A stretch of DNA of 64,000 bases from an uncultured Candidatus Sumerlaeota bacterium (GTDB lineage: Bacteria > Sumerlaeota > Sumerlaeia > MVZB01), in NCBI GenBank assembly GCA_964473105.1, contig CAYYNQ010000097.1:8468-72467 (forward strand), given 5' to 3'. Below are positions 1 to 10,026 of this stretch, in pieces. Made by a program: the position numbers and the translations under genes. Every line of letters starts with the position of its first letter. Position 1 is the first letter of the stretch. The notes under the pieces are model-generated. The model was given only the letters and a program-made list of their open reading frames with translations, had not been told where the DNA came from and did no database searches.

Positions 1-165
1 TCCAAGTCCCGTGCAAACAAGTTGATCCTTGAGCATAGTTATGACCCAACAAACGGATCCGCGAGCAACGGTGATATCGTCACGGTTTACTAGGCGAAAA
101 ACCTTGTCTTCCGTGTAAATTTATGTTCATAAAACGCACCTGACCGTGCCTGGTTACCGGTTTCT

Positions 166-1035
166 TTGCATCATCTCCTTTCAGCTTCCGGACAAGCGAT
201 GCCACACCAAATTACACCTTTTGATGCTGCTTTTTTGGGGGTTGTTGAGGGAGTAACCGAGTTTCTCCCCGTGTCCTCAACGGGTCACTTGATCATTGCA
301 GCACACTGGCTGGGGCTCAATCACGATGATGAAGGACTGAAGGCCTTTGAAATCGTGATCCAGTCGGGTGCGATTCTTGCCGTGATCGGGATTTACATGA
401 CTAGTATACTGTCGATGCTGCGTGGGCTGGCAGGCAGGGATTCGGCCGGTTTGGGACTCCTGAAGCAACTGATTATCGCCTTCCTTCCTGCAGCAGTCTT
501 GGGGGTCATGTTTGATGAACTGATTGAGAACCACCTGTTTGGGGTCATGCCGGTCATCATGGCCCTCGCACTTGGAGGGGTCTGGATGTTGATTGTCGAG
601 CACCGTCGGTTGAGTCGGGCCGGTGACAGAACAAAGGCGGAGGACACGGGCATGGATCTAAGCTCCATGACCCTTCGATATGCCTTTATCATTGGTTGTG
701 CACAATGCCTCGCGATGTGGCCGGGCATGAGTCGTTCGATGATGACAATTGTAATGGCAATGATACTGGGATTCAGGCCCCGGGCTGCGGCTAAGTTCAG
801 TTTTCTGCTCGCACTGCCGACCTTGGGGGGGGCGACGTTTTACAAAATGATCGGTTCGGGTGATGCAATCCTTGAATCCTGTGGCTTATGGGGTCTATTG
901 ATCGGTATCGGGACCTCCTGTATAGTTGCTTGGTTGACGGTGAGGACATTTCTCCGGTACCTGAGAAGATACGGGATGGCCTTATTTGGCTGGTATCGAA
1001 TCATCTTTGCCGGTGTGGTTCTGGTTATTTTATGA
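166..1035 (+). CDS. uppP: Undecaprenyl-diphosphatase (UppP/BacA)
   Basis: Translation carries the hallmark 'EGVTEFLPVSSTGHL' motif and is a multi-TM protein of about 280 aa. The ORF as listed starts with TTG; the first ATG is at 199. Confidence 0.9.
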   Translation: MHHLLSASGQAMPHQITPFDAAFLGVVEGVTEFLPVSSTGHLIIAAHWLGLNHDDEGLKAFEIVIQSGAILAVIGIYMTSILSMLRGLAGRDSAGLGLLKQLIIAFLPAAVLGVMFDELIENHLFGVMPVIMALALGGVWMLIVEHRRLSRAGDRTKAEDTGMDLSSMTLRYAFIIGCAQCLAMWPGMSRSMMTIVMAMILGFRPRAAAKFSFLLALPTLGGATFYKMIGSGDAILESCGLWGLLIGIGTSCIVAWLTVRTFLRYLRRYGMALFGWYRIIFAGVVLVIL

Positions 1036-1044
1036 CATGAGTGT

Positions 1045-2103
1045 ATGTGTATGAATCAGAGAAGTGCAGGGAAAAATGAAGCTGTATCGGTCCGTGAACG
1101 CATGGATAATCTCTCGATTTTATTTGAATCGGAGTTGAGCCGGTACATCAGTGCCTGCAGCAATTCGTCGGTTCCCAACCTTCATGATGGGATGGCTTAC
1201 GCGCTGGGGACAGACATCTCCGATCCAGCCCTGCGTGGCAAACGCATCCGTCCCCTGTTGTGCCTGCTGGTCTGTGAATCCCTGGGACGCGACCCCATGG
1301 TTGCGATGCCGTTCGCCTTATCCATTGAACTGATGCATAACTTCGCACTCGTTCATGATGACATGGAGGACGGTGACGTGATGCGCCGCGGCCGGGATGC
1401 CACTTGGATCCGGTATGGAGAGGCCCATGCGATCAACATCGGTGATTACCTGCTGGTCCACACTATGCGGGTCCTGACAGAGGGGGAAGTCGATCAACTC
1501 CCAATCGCGAAGCGGATCAGACTAATGCAGTTGATTGTCTCGGCACTGGACCATACACATGTCGGTCAGGCGATGGATATGAATGCACGTGGGAACCGGG
1601 TAATCTCACGGGATCATTATCTGGAAATCGTGCGTGAGAAGACGGGGTATTATCTGGCAGCACCCGTTCAAGGTGGAGCAATTGTCGGTGATGCCGATGC
1701 GAAGGACTTGTCTCGGCTTGGGGAAATGGCCCTTTTCCTTGGGCCGATGTTCCAGATTATTGATGATATCATCGATCTGACCGACGGCAAGGGGCGTGAA
1801 TTTATTGGTTCGGATATATGTGAAGGGAAAAGATCGTTCCTTGTTGCCCATACGTCGGAGCTATGTACCGGAGCGGAACGTTGTGAACTGTTTGATATTC
1901 TGGATAAACCGAGGAAGGATACCCTGAAATCCGATATAGATGCTGTCATCAGTCTTTTCAACCGCTACGATGCACTGGAAGCGGGGCGTGCCTATTGCGG
2001 GGAACTCTATGAGAAATCCCGGGCCGTCCTTTCCGGTTTGTCAGCGCCGCTGCGGGAACCGCTTGATGAGATCTTCAGGATGTTGGTCAGTAGGTTCAAG
2101 TGA
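1045..2103 (+). CDS. Polyprenyl diphosphate synthase (trans-isoprenyl diphosphate synthase; FPP/GGPP/long-chain family)
   Basis: Two aspartate-rich motifs are present: 'LVHDDMEDGD' (first DDxxD) and 'FQIIDDIIDLT' (second DDxxD). Length of about 350 aa fits the family. Alternative starts exist at 1051 and 1102. Confidence 0.85.
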   Translation: MCMNQRSAGKNEAVSVRERMDNLSILFESELSRYISACSNSSVPNLHDGMAYALGTDISDPALRGKRIRPLLCLLVCESLGRDPMVAMPFALSIELMHNFALVHDDMEDGDVMRRGRDATWIRYGEAHAINIGDYLLVHTMRVLTEGEVDQLPIAKRIRLMQLIVSALDHTHVGQAMDMNARGNRVISRDHYLEIVREKTGYYLAAPVQGGAIVGDADAKDLSRLGEMALFLGPMFQIIDDIIDLTDGKGREFIGSDICEGKRSFLVAHTSELCTGAERCELFDILDKPRKDTLKSDIDAVISLFNRYDALEAGRAYCGELYEKSRAVLSGLSAPLREPLDEIFRMLVSRFK

Positions 2104-3033
2104 TGAATCGCCTTGCATGTTTATCCGGTCTTGCCGTCATTGTTGCGGATGCCAGATTTCAGCCGTAACTTTGAACCGTTACCCATTATCGGTGAGCTAC
2201 CAGCTAGTTGCCGGTTCATATGATGTGATGGAAAAATATCCGATTATCAGAATACATTGAGGAAGCGAAATGGACAAAGGGTGCGACTCTCCGTATTTCA
2301 GGGGGCTTTTTTTTCTCTTTCCCTTCCGTCTTGATGCACAAGTAGGGAGAGGACAGAGGATAATGTCCCGTTTATTGAAGTATAATTACGATGGTCCCCT
2401 TGGCGGTTTGTGAGAAAGGTAACTCTGAATGGGTCCGGGGTCGGTTCCACAGTGGGGTTGTAGAGAAGTTGTAGTGAGCAGGACGGGTGGACATAAAGGG
2501 GAGAGACTGGTGGGTTTTGATTTATATCGAATTTAAGGACAGCTTAATTAGCCTATCACATCCTAGGAACCAATTCTGTGAGTCCTATGGGGTCACCCAC
2601 AATGGAAATATGGCATCACACTACTGAAGAATAAGGAAGGTTGGACACCTGAACCTGATAAAAATGGGCACAAAAGGATTCCAAATAAGGACGGAATTTG
2701 GCAGAAACAGATGAATAACAGGTTTTCCTGGGATTTCGGTGATCCGTTAGTCGTTTCTCTGACGGTAGCCTAAGGGCTAGACCCTGATAGGGGTAATCCG
2801 TGTGACATAAGGCTTTTAACGAAAATCAAAAAGATTCTTTCTTTCCGGCATGAAAATGGCCCAAGTCTTCAGTTGACAGGCATCGGGATGCATGTCAAAT
2901 TATATCTCGGTGAAAAATGCAGGCGGTGATACGGGCGTCACGGCACATTCAGTGCAGATCGCTGCTTTTGTTTGTTTTGAGCCGGGGTATCTACTCCAGA
3001 TACTGGAAATATGGTGGTGGGTTAAATTATATA

Positions 3034-4077
3034 ATGCCGTCTGCGATGGGTAAAGTCTTCTCCCTTGATATTGGTATTGATCTCGGTACCGCGTCGACCT
3101 TGGTCTACGTCAAGGGCCACGGTATTGTTCTTGCCGAACCTTCCGTTGTTGCCATTCGAAATGGTACTCGTCAGCCGCTGGCTGTTGGTGCCGATGCAAA
3201 GAGGATGCTTGGACGCACGCCTGGAAATATAGTCGCGATCCGGCCGATGAAGGATGGCGTGATTGCAGATTTCGCCGTTACCCAGGAAATGCTCTCCTAT
3301 TTCATCCGGAAGGCAAAGCAATACCAGCGGCGAATCCCGTTTACAAAGACCCGTGTTGTCATATCGGTACCGTCGGGGATCACCGAAGTTGAAAAACGCG
3401 CCGTGGTGGAATCGGCGGAACAGGCCGGTGCTGATCAGACGTTTCTGATCGATGAACCAATGGCTGCGGCGATCGGTTCGGGTCTCCCTGTTACCGAACC
3501 CGGTGGATCAATGATTATTGATATCGGCGGTGGAACAACCGAGGTTGCGGTTATCTCCCTAGGGGGAATTGTCGTTTGTATCAGTGAGAGGACCGCGGGC
3601 GACAAGATGGATGAGGCAATCGTCCAGCATATCAAGAGGAAGTATAACCTGCTTATCGGGGAGCGGACAGCCGAGGAAATTAAGATCAAGATTGGTTCCG
3701 CCAACCCACTCGATGATGAAAAGACCATGGAAATCAAGGGCCGTGACCTGGTTGCGGGTCTTCCAAGGACGATAAAAATTACCAGTGAGGAGATACGTGA
3801 AGCCTTAACCGAGCCCGTTGCATCCATCCTGAATGCTGTCAAGTCCACTCTGGAGAAAACCCCTCCCGAACTGGCTGCCGACCTTGTCGATATCGGTGTT
3901 GTGATGGCGGGTGGGGGCAGCCAACTTAATGGACTGGATGAGTTGTTGCGTCGAGAAACCGGTCTACAGGTGCATCTGGCAGACAATCCAGAGACAGCGA
4001 TTGTTCTCGGTACCGGGAAAACGCTGGACTCCATCCGTATTCTCCAGAATCTCAATGGGTTTACCCCTCACCGATGA
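3034..4077 (+). CDS. mreB: Rod shape-determining protein MreB (actin-like ATPase)
   Basis: '[33 protein letters not shown]' and '[18 protein letters not shown]' actin-fold motifs. The ORF is open from 2917, but the conserved N-terminus begins at the ATG at 3034 or 3046. Confidence 0.9.
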   Translation: MPSAMGKVFSLDIGIDLGTASTLVYVKGHGIVLAEPSVVAIRNGTRQPLAVGADAKRMLGRTPGNIVAIRPMKDGVIADFAVTQEMLSYFIRKAKQYQRRIPFTKTRVVISVPSGITEVEKRAVVESAEQAGADQTFLIDEPMAAAIGSGLPVTEPGGSMIIDIGGGTTEVAVISLGGIVVCISERTAGDKMDEAIVQHIKRKYNLLIGERTAEEIKIKIGSANPLDDEKTMEIKGRDLVAGLPRTIKITSEEIREALTEPVASILNAVKSTLEKTPPELAADLVDIGVVMAGGGSQLNGLDELLRRETGLQVHLADNPETAIVLGTGKTLDSIRILQNLNGFTPHR

Positions 4078-4133
4078 ATTGATTCTCCCGGTCACCCGGA
4101 GAAAAAACCCCAAATTATCCATCGATCCCTGTC

Positions 4134-4685
4134 ATGTCATCGCTTGTCTTATCACTGGACCAGTTCCTGCATCATCCTTTGGTTGAATCCGTATGCTTTG
4201 CCCCTGCTGATCTCGAACTTGAGGATCCTCAATTCAGTTTCACTCAGGATCTCGTAGGGGAGGTGACCTTTGCCAGAATGGGCGAAGATGTCATGGCAAC
4301 CGGGTCCTTGAAAACCCGCGCGGAGACATTTTGTGTTCGTTGTCTCGGGCTAGTCTTGGTTGAATTGGTTATTAATGTTTCCGAAGTATGGCTCGGGAAG
4401 GAGGAACTGATGCTCGAGATGGACAGAAGCCAAGGACCCCATTCGCTGCATCGGGTCCTTGAAGGGGATACACTGGAATTGAAAGATGTATACCGTGAAC
4501 TCGTCATGTCCGAGCTTCCGGAGCGATCTTACTGCGATAAGGGTTGCTGGGGCTTGTGCTCCCAGTGTGGCCAGAATCTCAATCTGGCCCAGTGTCGATG
4601 TGATATCACAAAAAAGAGCGATGGGGACACGCTGGACCTGCCCGTCTGGAAAAAAGCCCTGAAAGATATAGATGTTGGGTCCTGA
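4134..4685 (+). CDS. YceD/DUF177 family protein (large-subunit rRNA accumulation protein-like)
   Basis: About 180 aa with an acidic N-terminal domain and a C-terminal cysteine cluster 'CDKGCWGLCSQCGQNLNLAQCRC', typical of DUF177. Confidence 0.65.
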   Translation: MSSLVLSLDQFLHHPLVESVCFAPADLELEDPQFSFTQDLVGEVTFARMGEDVMATGSLKTRAETFCVRCLGLVLVELVINVSEVWLGKEELMLEMDRSQGPHSLHRVLEGDTLELKDVYRELVMSELPERSYCDKGCWGLCSQCGQNLNLAQCRCDITKKSDGDTLDLPVWKKALKDIDVGS

Positions 4686-4744
4686 TAAACTTTGGCCGGG
4701 GTGGCCCAGCAAGCTGAAAAGACGTCAGTATGGCTTGAAATCAG

Positions 4745-5735
4745 TTGACAGCACAGGATGATATCCACCTCGGTCCCAGACAGGAAACCAATGGGCCACT
4801 GTTCCCGCAGGACAGAATGAGATTGAGGGACCCTCTAAAAAAGATTACCCCGCTGCAATGGGTTTTGACAGCCCTGCTGGTTACCCTGATCGTTATTGAA
4901 CATAGGGTCCCTGTCTTGTGGATGTATAGGCGTAGGATCTTGGAGGCCTCCTATTATTCCCATGGGTTCGTCGTTCCAGTGGTTTCTCTTTGGTTGGTCT
5001 GGCGCGATCGAAACGCCCTTTTTTCCCTGTATGGTGGGACGGTTTGGCCGGGCTTGTTTCTGCTCGTGGCCGGACAGTTGATCTTGGTGTTGAGTGGCCT
5101 GGCCTTTGTGTTCTTTACCGGTATGTTCGGGATGATTCTGACAATATGGGGCCTAGCCGGGTTTTTGTTTGGTAGCCGTGTGCTCATGTGCCTTGGTTTC
5201 CCGTATTCATTCTCCTGTTCATGGTTCCGCTGCCGTTGGCGATAATTGCCAAAATCAGTTTGAGTATGAAACTGATGGCAGCTCAGATAGCGATCATGAT
5301 GATCGAGATTCTGGGCATTCCCGCGGTTATTGATGGATCAACAATCTATCTCAGTGAAGCGGTTGTGACCGTGGGTAATGTTTGCTCCGGACTTCGATCG
5401 TTGATATCCCTGATATTCATCGGTGTTTTGTTTGCCTGGATGAGTAATTTATCCACAATGCGGAAGGGCATCCTTACTCCTGTCTGCCATTCCTATTGCC
5501 ATTCTTCCCAATGTTGCAAGGGTATTCATACTCTACCTTTTCGCATCATAGATGGGGGACGGATTTCATCATCGGCCTAGCCCACGATATATCCGGGTAT
5601 CTGATCTTTATTTTTGCCTTTTCGCTCCTTTGTGGAGTTACGAAAATTATTTCATTCGGGCTGAAGCCTGTGGTCCGCGAACCCCATCAGGAATTCACCG
5701 AATCGACGACGGGAAAGGAGAAACTGGATGTTTAA
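4745..5735 (+). pseudogene. Exosortase (Xrt) disrupted by three single-nucleotide frameshifts
   Basis: Exosortase motifs are distributed over three reading frames. 'YYSHGFVVPVVSLWLVW' is in frame 2 (4745-5245). 'LLFMVPLP' and 'GNVCSGLRSLISL' (catalytic Cys/Arg region) are in frame 1 (5188-about 5466). 'LLLSAIPIAILPNVARVFILYL' is back in frame 2 (5441-5551). 'HHRWGTDFIIGLAHDISGYLIF' is in frame 0 (5496-5735). The shifts fall at about 5203, at the GGG run 5466-5468 and at the TTTT run 5538-5541. Confidence 0.75.
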
Positions 5736-6312
5736 CATCCGGATACGGGTCATTGTTGCATTCATCATGATCCTTTTATTTGCTCTGTCTTCGGTTACAC
5801 TTTACCGGGGAAAGGCGGTCCGTGGATCACTGAAGGCCGCCTAGATTCCCCTGATTACGGAAGGCTGGTATGGGGTTGAAGAATCCATCGATGAGGAAAC
5901 CAGGCGGATACTTGAGACCGATGACGTGATTACCCGGACCTATTTGGAGTCCGGAAACAAAAATGGATCTGTTAATATGGCTGTTGTATATTCACCCGAT
6001 AACCGCCGGGTAGTCCACCCACCTGAGGTATGCTACAAGGGGGCCGGTTGGGAATGCAGCGAGAAGGTTGTAGTGCAACACGATGGAATTCCTCCGTTGG
6101 TTCGGTTGAAACTAGCAAACAGTAACAGCCGTCAGGACATCGTTCTCTATTGTTACAAGGCCGGTAATGAAATTACGTCCAACTACTACCGTCATCAGTT
6201 GAACATCATCGCCAACCAGACCCTGATGAGGGCGACCTCGTCGGCGCTGTTACGGTTCTCTACTGCGGTGATGCCCAATGAACGTCAGGCTGATGCCGAA
6301 TGCGGGTTATAA
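5728..6312 (+). pseudogene. Exosortase-associated EpsI-family protein interrupted by an in-frame TAG
   Basis: ATG at 5728 follows a GGAG ribosome-binding site and encodes an N-terminal TM anchor 'MFNIRIRVIVAFIMILLFALSSVTLY...'. An in-frame TAG lies at 5842-5844. The same frame then continues into 'IPLITEGWYGVEESIDEETRRILETDDVITRTYLE...VVHPPEVCYKGAGWECSEK', which matches the EpsI family (the H-P-P-E-x-C-Y...G-x-G-W motif). The downstream ORF (GTG at 5926) would lack the anchor. Confidence 0.6.
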
Positions 6313-6470
6313 GATTTGTCCGGGAGATTGTGCCTGAAATACGAAATGCCTTGACGGACCGATTAATCTTCCAAACATCATCAATCTCCGCCATTTCGGG
6401 GGCCACCATGTGAAAAAATATTCTTCACCGTGGTTCTCGTCTCCTCATGGGGGTGACTAAATCAAACCCC

Positions 6471-7421
6471 CTAGGTCAGGATGCCCCGGCAAAGTTGTTC
6501 ATCGTGCTTTAACTGGTCGACCAAGTCCTCTAGGCAGGGGAATCTTTTCTCGTCACGTATCCTGGAGATGGGTGTGACCATAATATCTCTCCCATAGATG
6601 TCCCCATCGAAGTCGAACAGGTGAGCTTCGACCGTATGTCCGGATTCATCAAATGTCGGCCGGTTCCCAATATTCATCATCCCACTTAGCTTGGTGCGCC
6701 CATTATGTCTTGTGTTGCCGGCGAGAATCTCGCTCTCTACAGCGTAAACACCTTCTCGAGGGATCAGTTTCTCTGGATGGACAGCCAGGTTTACGGTCGG
6801 ATAGCCAATGGCTTGTCCTCTACCGTTTCCCTCGATGATTCTTCCCTGAAAGCTGTAGGCATGTCCGAGCATCAGACGGGCGCTGTCGAAATCACCCTCC
6901 ATGATGTCCTTTCGGATCCTTGTCGACCGGACCGGAATTCCGTTTTCCATCAACGTTTCACACTCAAGGATACGAAAGCCTTGCTCCGAGGAATGTTTTC
7001 TCAAAAGTTCGAGATTCCCCAGGCCCTGACTGCCAAATCGAAAATCGATCCCACAACTGATGGATTGAATCCTGCATATTTTGAGGAGGATTCCATTAAT
7101 GAAGGACTCGGCAGTTGTCTCGGAGAATACTGTGTCGAAATCAAGCATGCAGCATATGTCAACGCCGTATTTTTCAAAGAGCCGTATTTTTTCGTCGGCG
7201 GTGGTAAGCAGTTGTGGTGTATAAGGAGGGGCCAGAACGGTCAACGGGTGCTGGAGAAATGTGATTACGGTTGCCGGGAGACCGGTTTTGACCGCATCCT
7301 CGCGAATATTTCCCAGTAATATCTGGTGGCCCCGGTGGACCCCGTCAAAGACGCCGACACAGAGGCAGGCTCCCTCCCTGCAGAGCTCCTCAAGGTCATG
7401 AAGTTGATGAATCAGTTTCAT
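6471..7421 (-). CDS. ribF: Bifunctional riboflavin kinase / FMN adenylyltransferase
   Basis: N-terminal FAD synthetase domain ('GVFDGVHRGHQ') and C-terminal riboflavin kinase domain ('GYPTVNL...EAHLFDFDGDIYG'). 316 aa. Confidence 0.9.
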   Translation of the reverse strand: MKLIHQLHDLEELCREGACLCVGVFDGVHRGHQILLGNIREDAVKTGLPATVITFLQHPLTVLAPPYTPQLLTTADEKIRLFEKYGVDICCMLDFDTVFSETTAESFINGILLKICRIQSISCGIDFRFGSQGLGNLELLRKHSSEQGFRILECETLMENGIPVRSTRIRKDIMEGDFDSARLMLGHAYSFQGRIIEGNGRGQAIGYPTVNLAVHPEKLIPREGVYAVESEILAGNTRHNGRTKLSGMMNIGNRPTFDESGHTVEAHLFDFDGDIYGRDIMVTPISRIRDEKRFPCLEDLVDQLKHDEQLCRGILT

Positions 7422-8527
7422 GATGGACCGCCACCATTATTTTTCCTCACCAGTTCCATTGATACAATAACCCCGAACAACAGGATCAATGCCACGATAT
7501 GCAATATCGCGTCAGGCAGTTCCAGAGTTCTCAGGGACAGCGCAAGCAGTCCGCATGAGGCCGTCAGCATGGCAATGGTCAGGCATGCCGCCCTGACCGA
7601 GAAACCCATGGCTAGCAGCCTGTGGGAAAAATGATTGCGATCGCCCTCCATCAGGGGTTGACCGGATTTCCAGCGAATGTAAAGGACAGACAGGGTGTCA
7701 AAGAGGGGGACCCCCATTATTGCCAGAGGCATCAATACAGGCAAACCTGAAGGATTTCCCTGCTGGTAATATGTGACAAGAACCGAGAAGACTGCAACCA
7801 AGTATCCGGTTGTCAGACTTCCGGCATCCCCCATAAAGAGTCGGGCAGGATAAAAGTTATAATGCAGGAAACCCATCAGTGAGCCGGCAAGACACAGGAA
7901 GAGGGCAGGCAGCCAGAATTCTCCCCCTCGAATTGCGGCTATCGACAGGACGACACATATGACCGTTGCCACCAGGCCGGACTGGCCGTCCATATTGTCA
8001 AGCAGATTGAAGGAATTGGTCAGCAGCAGGATCCAGAAGATTGTCAGGATCCACCCGACAGGATCCGGAAGAAAACCCTTGATGGTAACATCCGCCAGAA
8101 TCAGGGGCAGGATTGCAATACACTGGACAGCCAGTTTGAGTCGCGGACCCAGAGGTTTCCAGTCATCCCAGGCACCCAGACAGAATATGATCAGTGCCCC
8201 ACCTAGGATTGAGAACACCTGTGGCCGTACACCACGGATGTTGTCGACGTAACGGACCAGCGTGGCAGATTCGTCCAGCCAAACATCGATAATGTCCGGG
8301 GCTATGGTTCCCATGAACACGATCAGGCCGAATGTTGAAAATATTCCATACCCACCGGTCAGGGGAACGGGTCGGGAATGTGATTTCCGGCCTCGAGGGA
8401 TATCCATCAGGGTCCATTTGAACCCTAACTTTCCGGCAGCGCTGCATGAAGCGAGGGAGAAAGCCAGGGAAATAACAAAGGTGGCCCCATAAAGGGTCGT
8501 CCATTGAGCGTTCATGAAGGGATCCAT
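7418..8527 (-). CDS. Polyprenyl-phosphate N-acetylhexosamine-1-phosphate transferase (glycosyltransferase family 4; WecA/MraY family)
   Basis: Multi-TM protein with 'NSFNLLDNMDG' and 'LFMGDAGSL' motifs diagnostic of the MraY/WecA superfamily. The stop overlaps the ribF start. Confidence 0.8.
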   Translation of the reverse strand: MDPFMNAQWTTLYGATFVISLAFSLASCSAAGKLGFKWTLMDIPRGRKSHSRPVPLTGGYGIFSTFGLIVFMGTIAPDIIDVWLDESATLVRYVDNIRGVRPQVFSILGGALIIFCLGAWDDWKPLGPRLKLAVQCIAILPLILADVTIKGFLPDPVGWILTIFWILLLTNSFNLLDNMDGQSGLVATVICVVLSIAAIRGGEFWLPALFLCLAGSLMGFLHYNFYPARLFMGDAGSLTTGYLVAVFSVLVTYYQQGNPSGLPVLMPLAIMGVPLFDTLSVLYIRWKSGQPLMEGDRNHFSHRLLAMGFSVRAACLTIAMLTASCGLLALSLRTLELPDAILHIVALILLFGVIVSMELVRKNNGGGPS

Positions 8528-8853
8528 CTCCGTCCGGGAGGGCTCTTCTGCAGTCTGGCAGAACCTTGACTGTTTGGCAAGCCGGATGCCCCTTGTCCAT
8601 CTGCAATATCATCGGGTTTTTTTGCATGTCTTCCCTTTGTTTATGATATTTGTTGTTGTCCAATATTGGATGGATGGGTCGGTTTTGCGGTCCGGATGTT
8701 ATTTTTCTTGCCCTCCCTTCTGACCTGGGAAGGACCACGATTTATGGGACTTGTCCTGGCAAGGCCAGGGCGCTGTGTCAAGATGCACTCAGCCTTGAAT
8801 TTGGATCAATCCTCTTGGCAGGTGGTCATGGTTAACGTATAAGAAGACGGGTC

Positions 8854-10026
8854 ATGCATCGTGTCATGTGGAAGGATGGAAACGACATGCTGAAATGGTT
8901 CAGTCGCAGGACGGGCGAAAGATCAACACGGCCGGGGAACCTCCTGGCGAATGGTAGTACGTGTGGCCGGGCAGAAACCGAGGATAATGCTGCAGATGAG
9001 CCCAAGGGTGTCGATTCCAGCCGGGCTGATGCTGATAATGAATCCGAAAGTAAAGGGTTGCTGGCTCGTCTAAGGAACCGGATCGGCCAGACACGGTCCT
9101 CGATGGTGGATTCTGTCATGTCCATTCTTGGACGCTACGGGAAAGTCGACGAGGACATGCTTGAGGAAGTGGAGGACATTCTGATTCAGTGTGATGTTGG
9201 CGTAGACACGACACTTAAAATCATCGGCCGTTTGCGGAAGGAAGGGATCAGGCAGGGAGTTGAAGATACGGATGGACTAGCTGCCCTTTTCAAGCAGTCC
9301 ATTGCCGGGATTCTGGGCGACCGGAACCGTTCCTTGGACTTTAACGTTGCGCGGCCAATGATTTTGCTGGTAGTTGGAGTGAACGGAGTTGGAAAGACCA
9401 CGACCATCGGGAAGCTGGGAAAAATTCTTGGTGATCGCGGGTTGAAGGTGATGATGGTTGCAGCTGACACTTTTCGTGCCGCTGCCGCTGACCAATTGAC
9501 GATCTGGGCCGAGGAGACAGGATCCTGCATTGTGAAAAAGGAAGAGGGCGCCGACCCGGCATCTGTGGTTTTTGAGGCCCTTGAAGGGGTGAAGCAGGGC
9601 CCGGAACCGGATGTCATCATGATCGACACGGCCGGGCGACTGCATACCAAGATGAACTTGATGCAACAGTTGGGGAAGATTGTCCGAATTATCCGTAAAC
9701 ACTATCCCGACGCCCCTCATGAAACCGTTCTTGTTCTGGATGCGACAACCGGACAGAATGCACTGAATCAGGTCAAGCAATTCGACGAAGCCTGTGAGTT
9801 GAGCGGTTTGATCATGACGAAGCTCGACGGGACGGCAAAGGGTGGAATTCTAATTGCTGTCCGGGATATTTTTGGCTTCCCCATATTCAAGATAGGAATT
9901 GGAGAAGGCCCCGAAGACCTTAGGGATTTCAATTCACAGGAATATGTGGATGCCCTGTTCAGCAACCTTGAGGGGGCGAATGAGAGGTCCGATTCCATGG
10001 ATCATGACACCCGGCCAAATGAATGA
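8854..10026 (+). CDS. ftsY: Signal recognition particle receptor FtsY
   Basis: Acidic N-terminal region followed by NG domain: 'ILLVVGVNGVGKTTTIGKLGK', 'DTAGRLH', 'TKLDGTAKGG'. An alternative start lies at 8887 (MLKWF...). Confidence 0.9.
   Translation: MHRVMWKDGNDMLKWFSRRTGERSTRPGNLLANGSTCGRAETEDNAADEPKGVDSSRADADNESESKGLLARLRNRIGQTRSSMVDSVMSILGRYGKVDEDMLEEVEDILIQCDVGVDTTLKIIGRLRKEGIRQGVEDTDGLAALFKQSIAGILGDRNRSLDFNVARPMILLVVGVNGVGKTTTIGKLGKILGDRGLKVMMVAADTFRAAAADQLTIWAEETGSCIVKKEEGADPASVVFEALEGVKQGPEPDVIMIDTAGRLHTKMNLMQQLGKIVRIIRKHYPDAPHETVLVLDATTGQNALNQVKQFDEACELSGLIMTKLDGTAKGGILIAVRDIFGFPIFKIGIGEGPEDLRDFNSQEYVDALFSNLEGANERSDSMDHDTRPNE

Noticed and set aside
2104-3033. RNase P RNA, tmRNA or 6S RNA in the long spacer upstream of mreB
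   Set aside because: Searched by eye on both strands for P4 helix strands (AGGAAAGUCCGGGCUCC / ACAGAACCCGGCUUA), the tmRNA 5'/3' tRNA-like ends and the resume codon context. None was found. The region is kept only as an unexplained spacer.
3435-4055. 206-aa minus-strand ORF
   Set aside because: Antisense to mreB. Its Ser/Pro/Arg-rich low-complexity translation is typical of an out-of-frame read of a GC-rich gene.
8163-8738. 191-aa minus-strand ORF overlapping the 5' end of the WecA-family gene
   Set aside because: Different frame from the strongly supported GT4 gene and extends into the divergent promoter region. No motifs.
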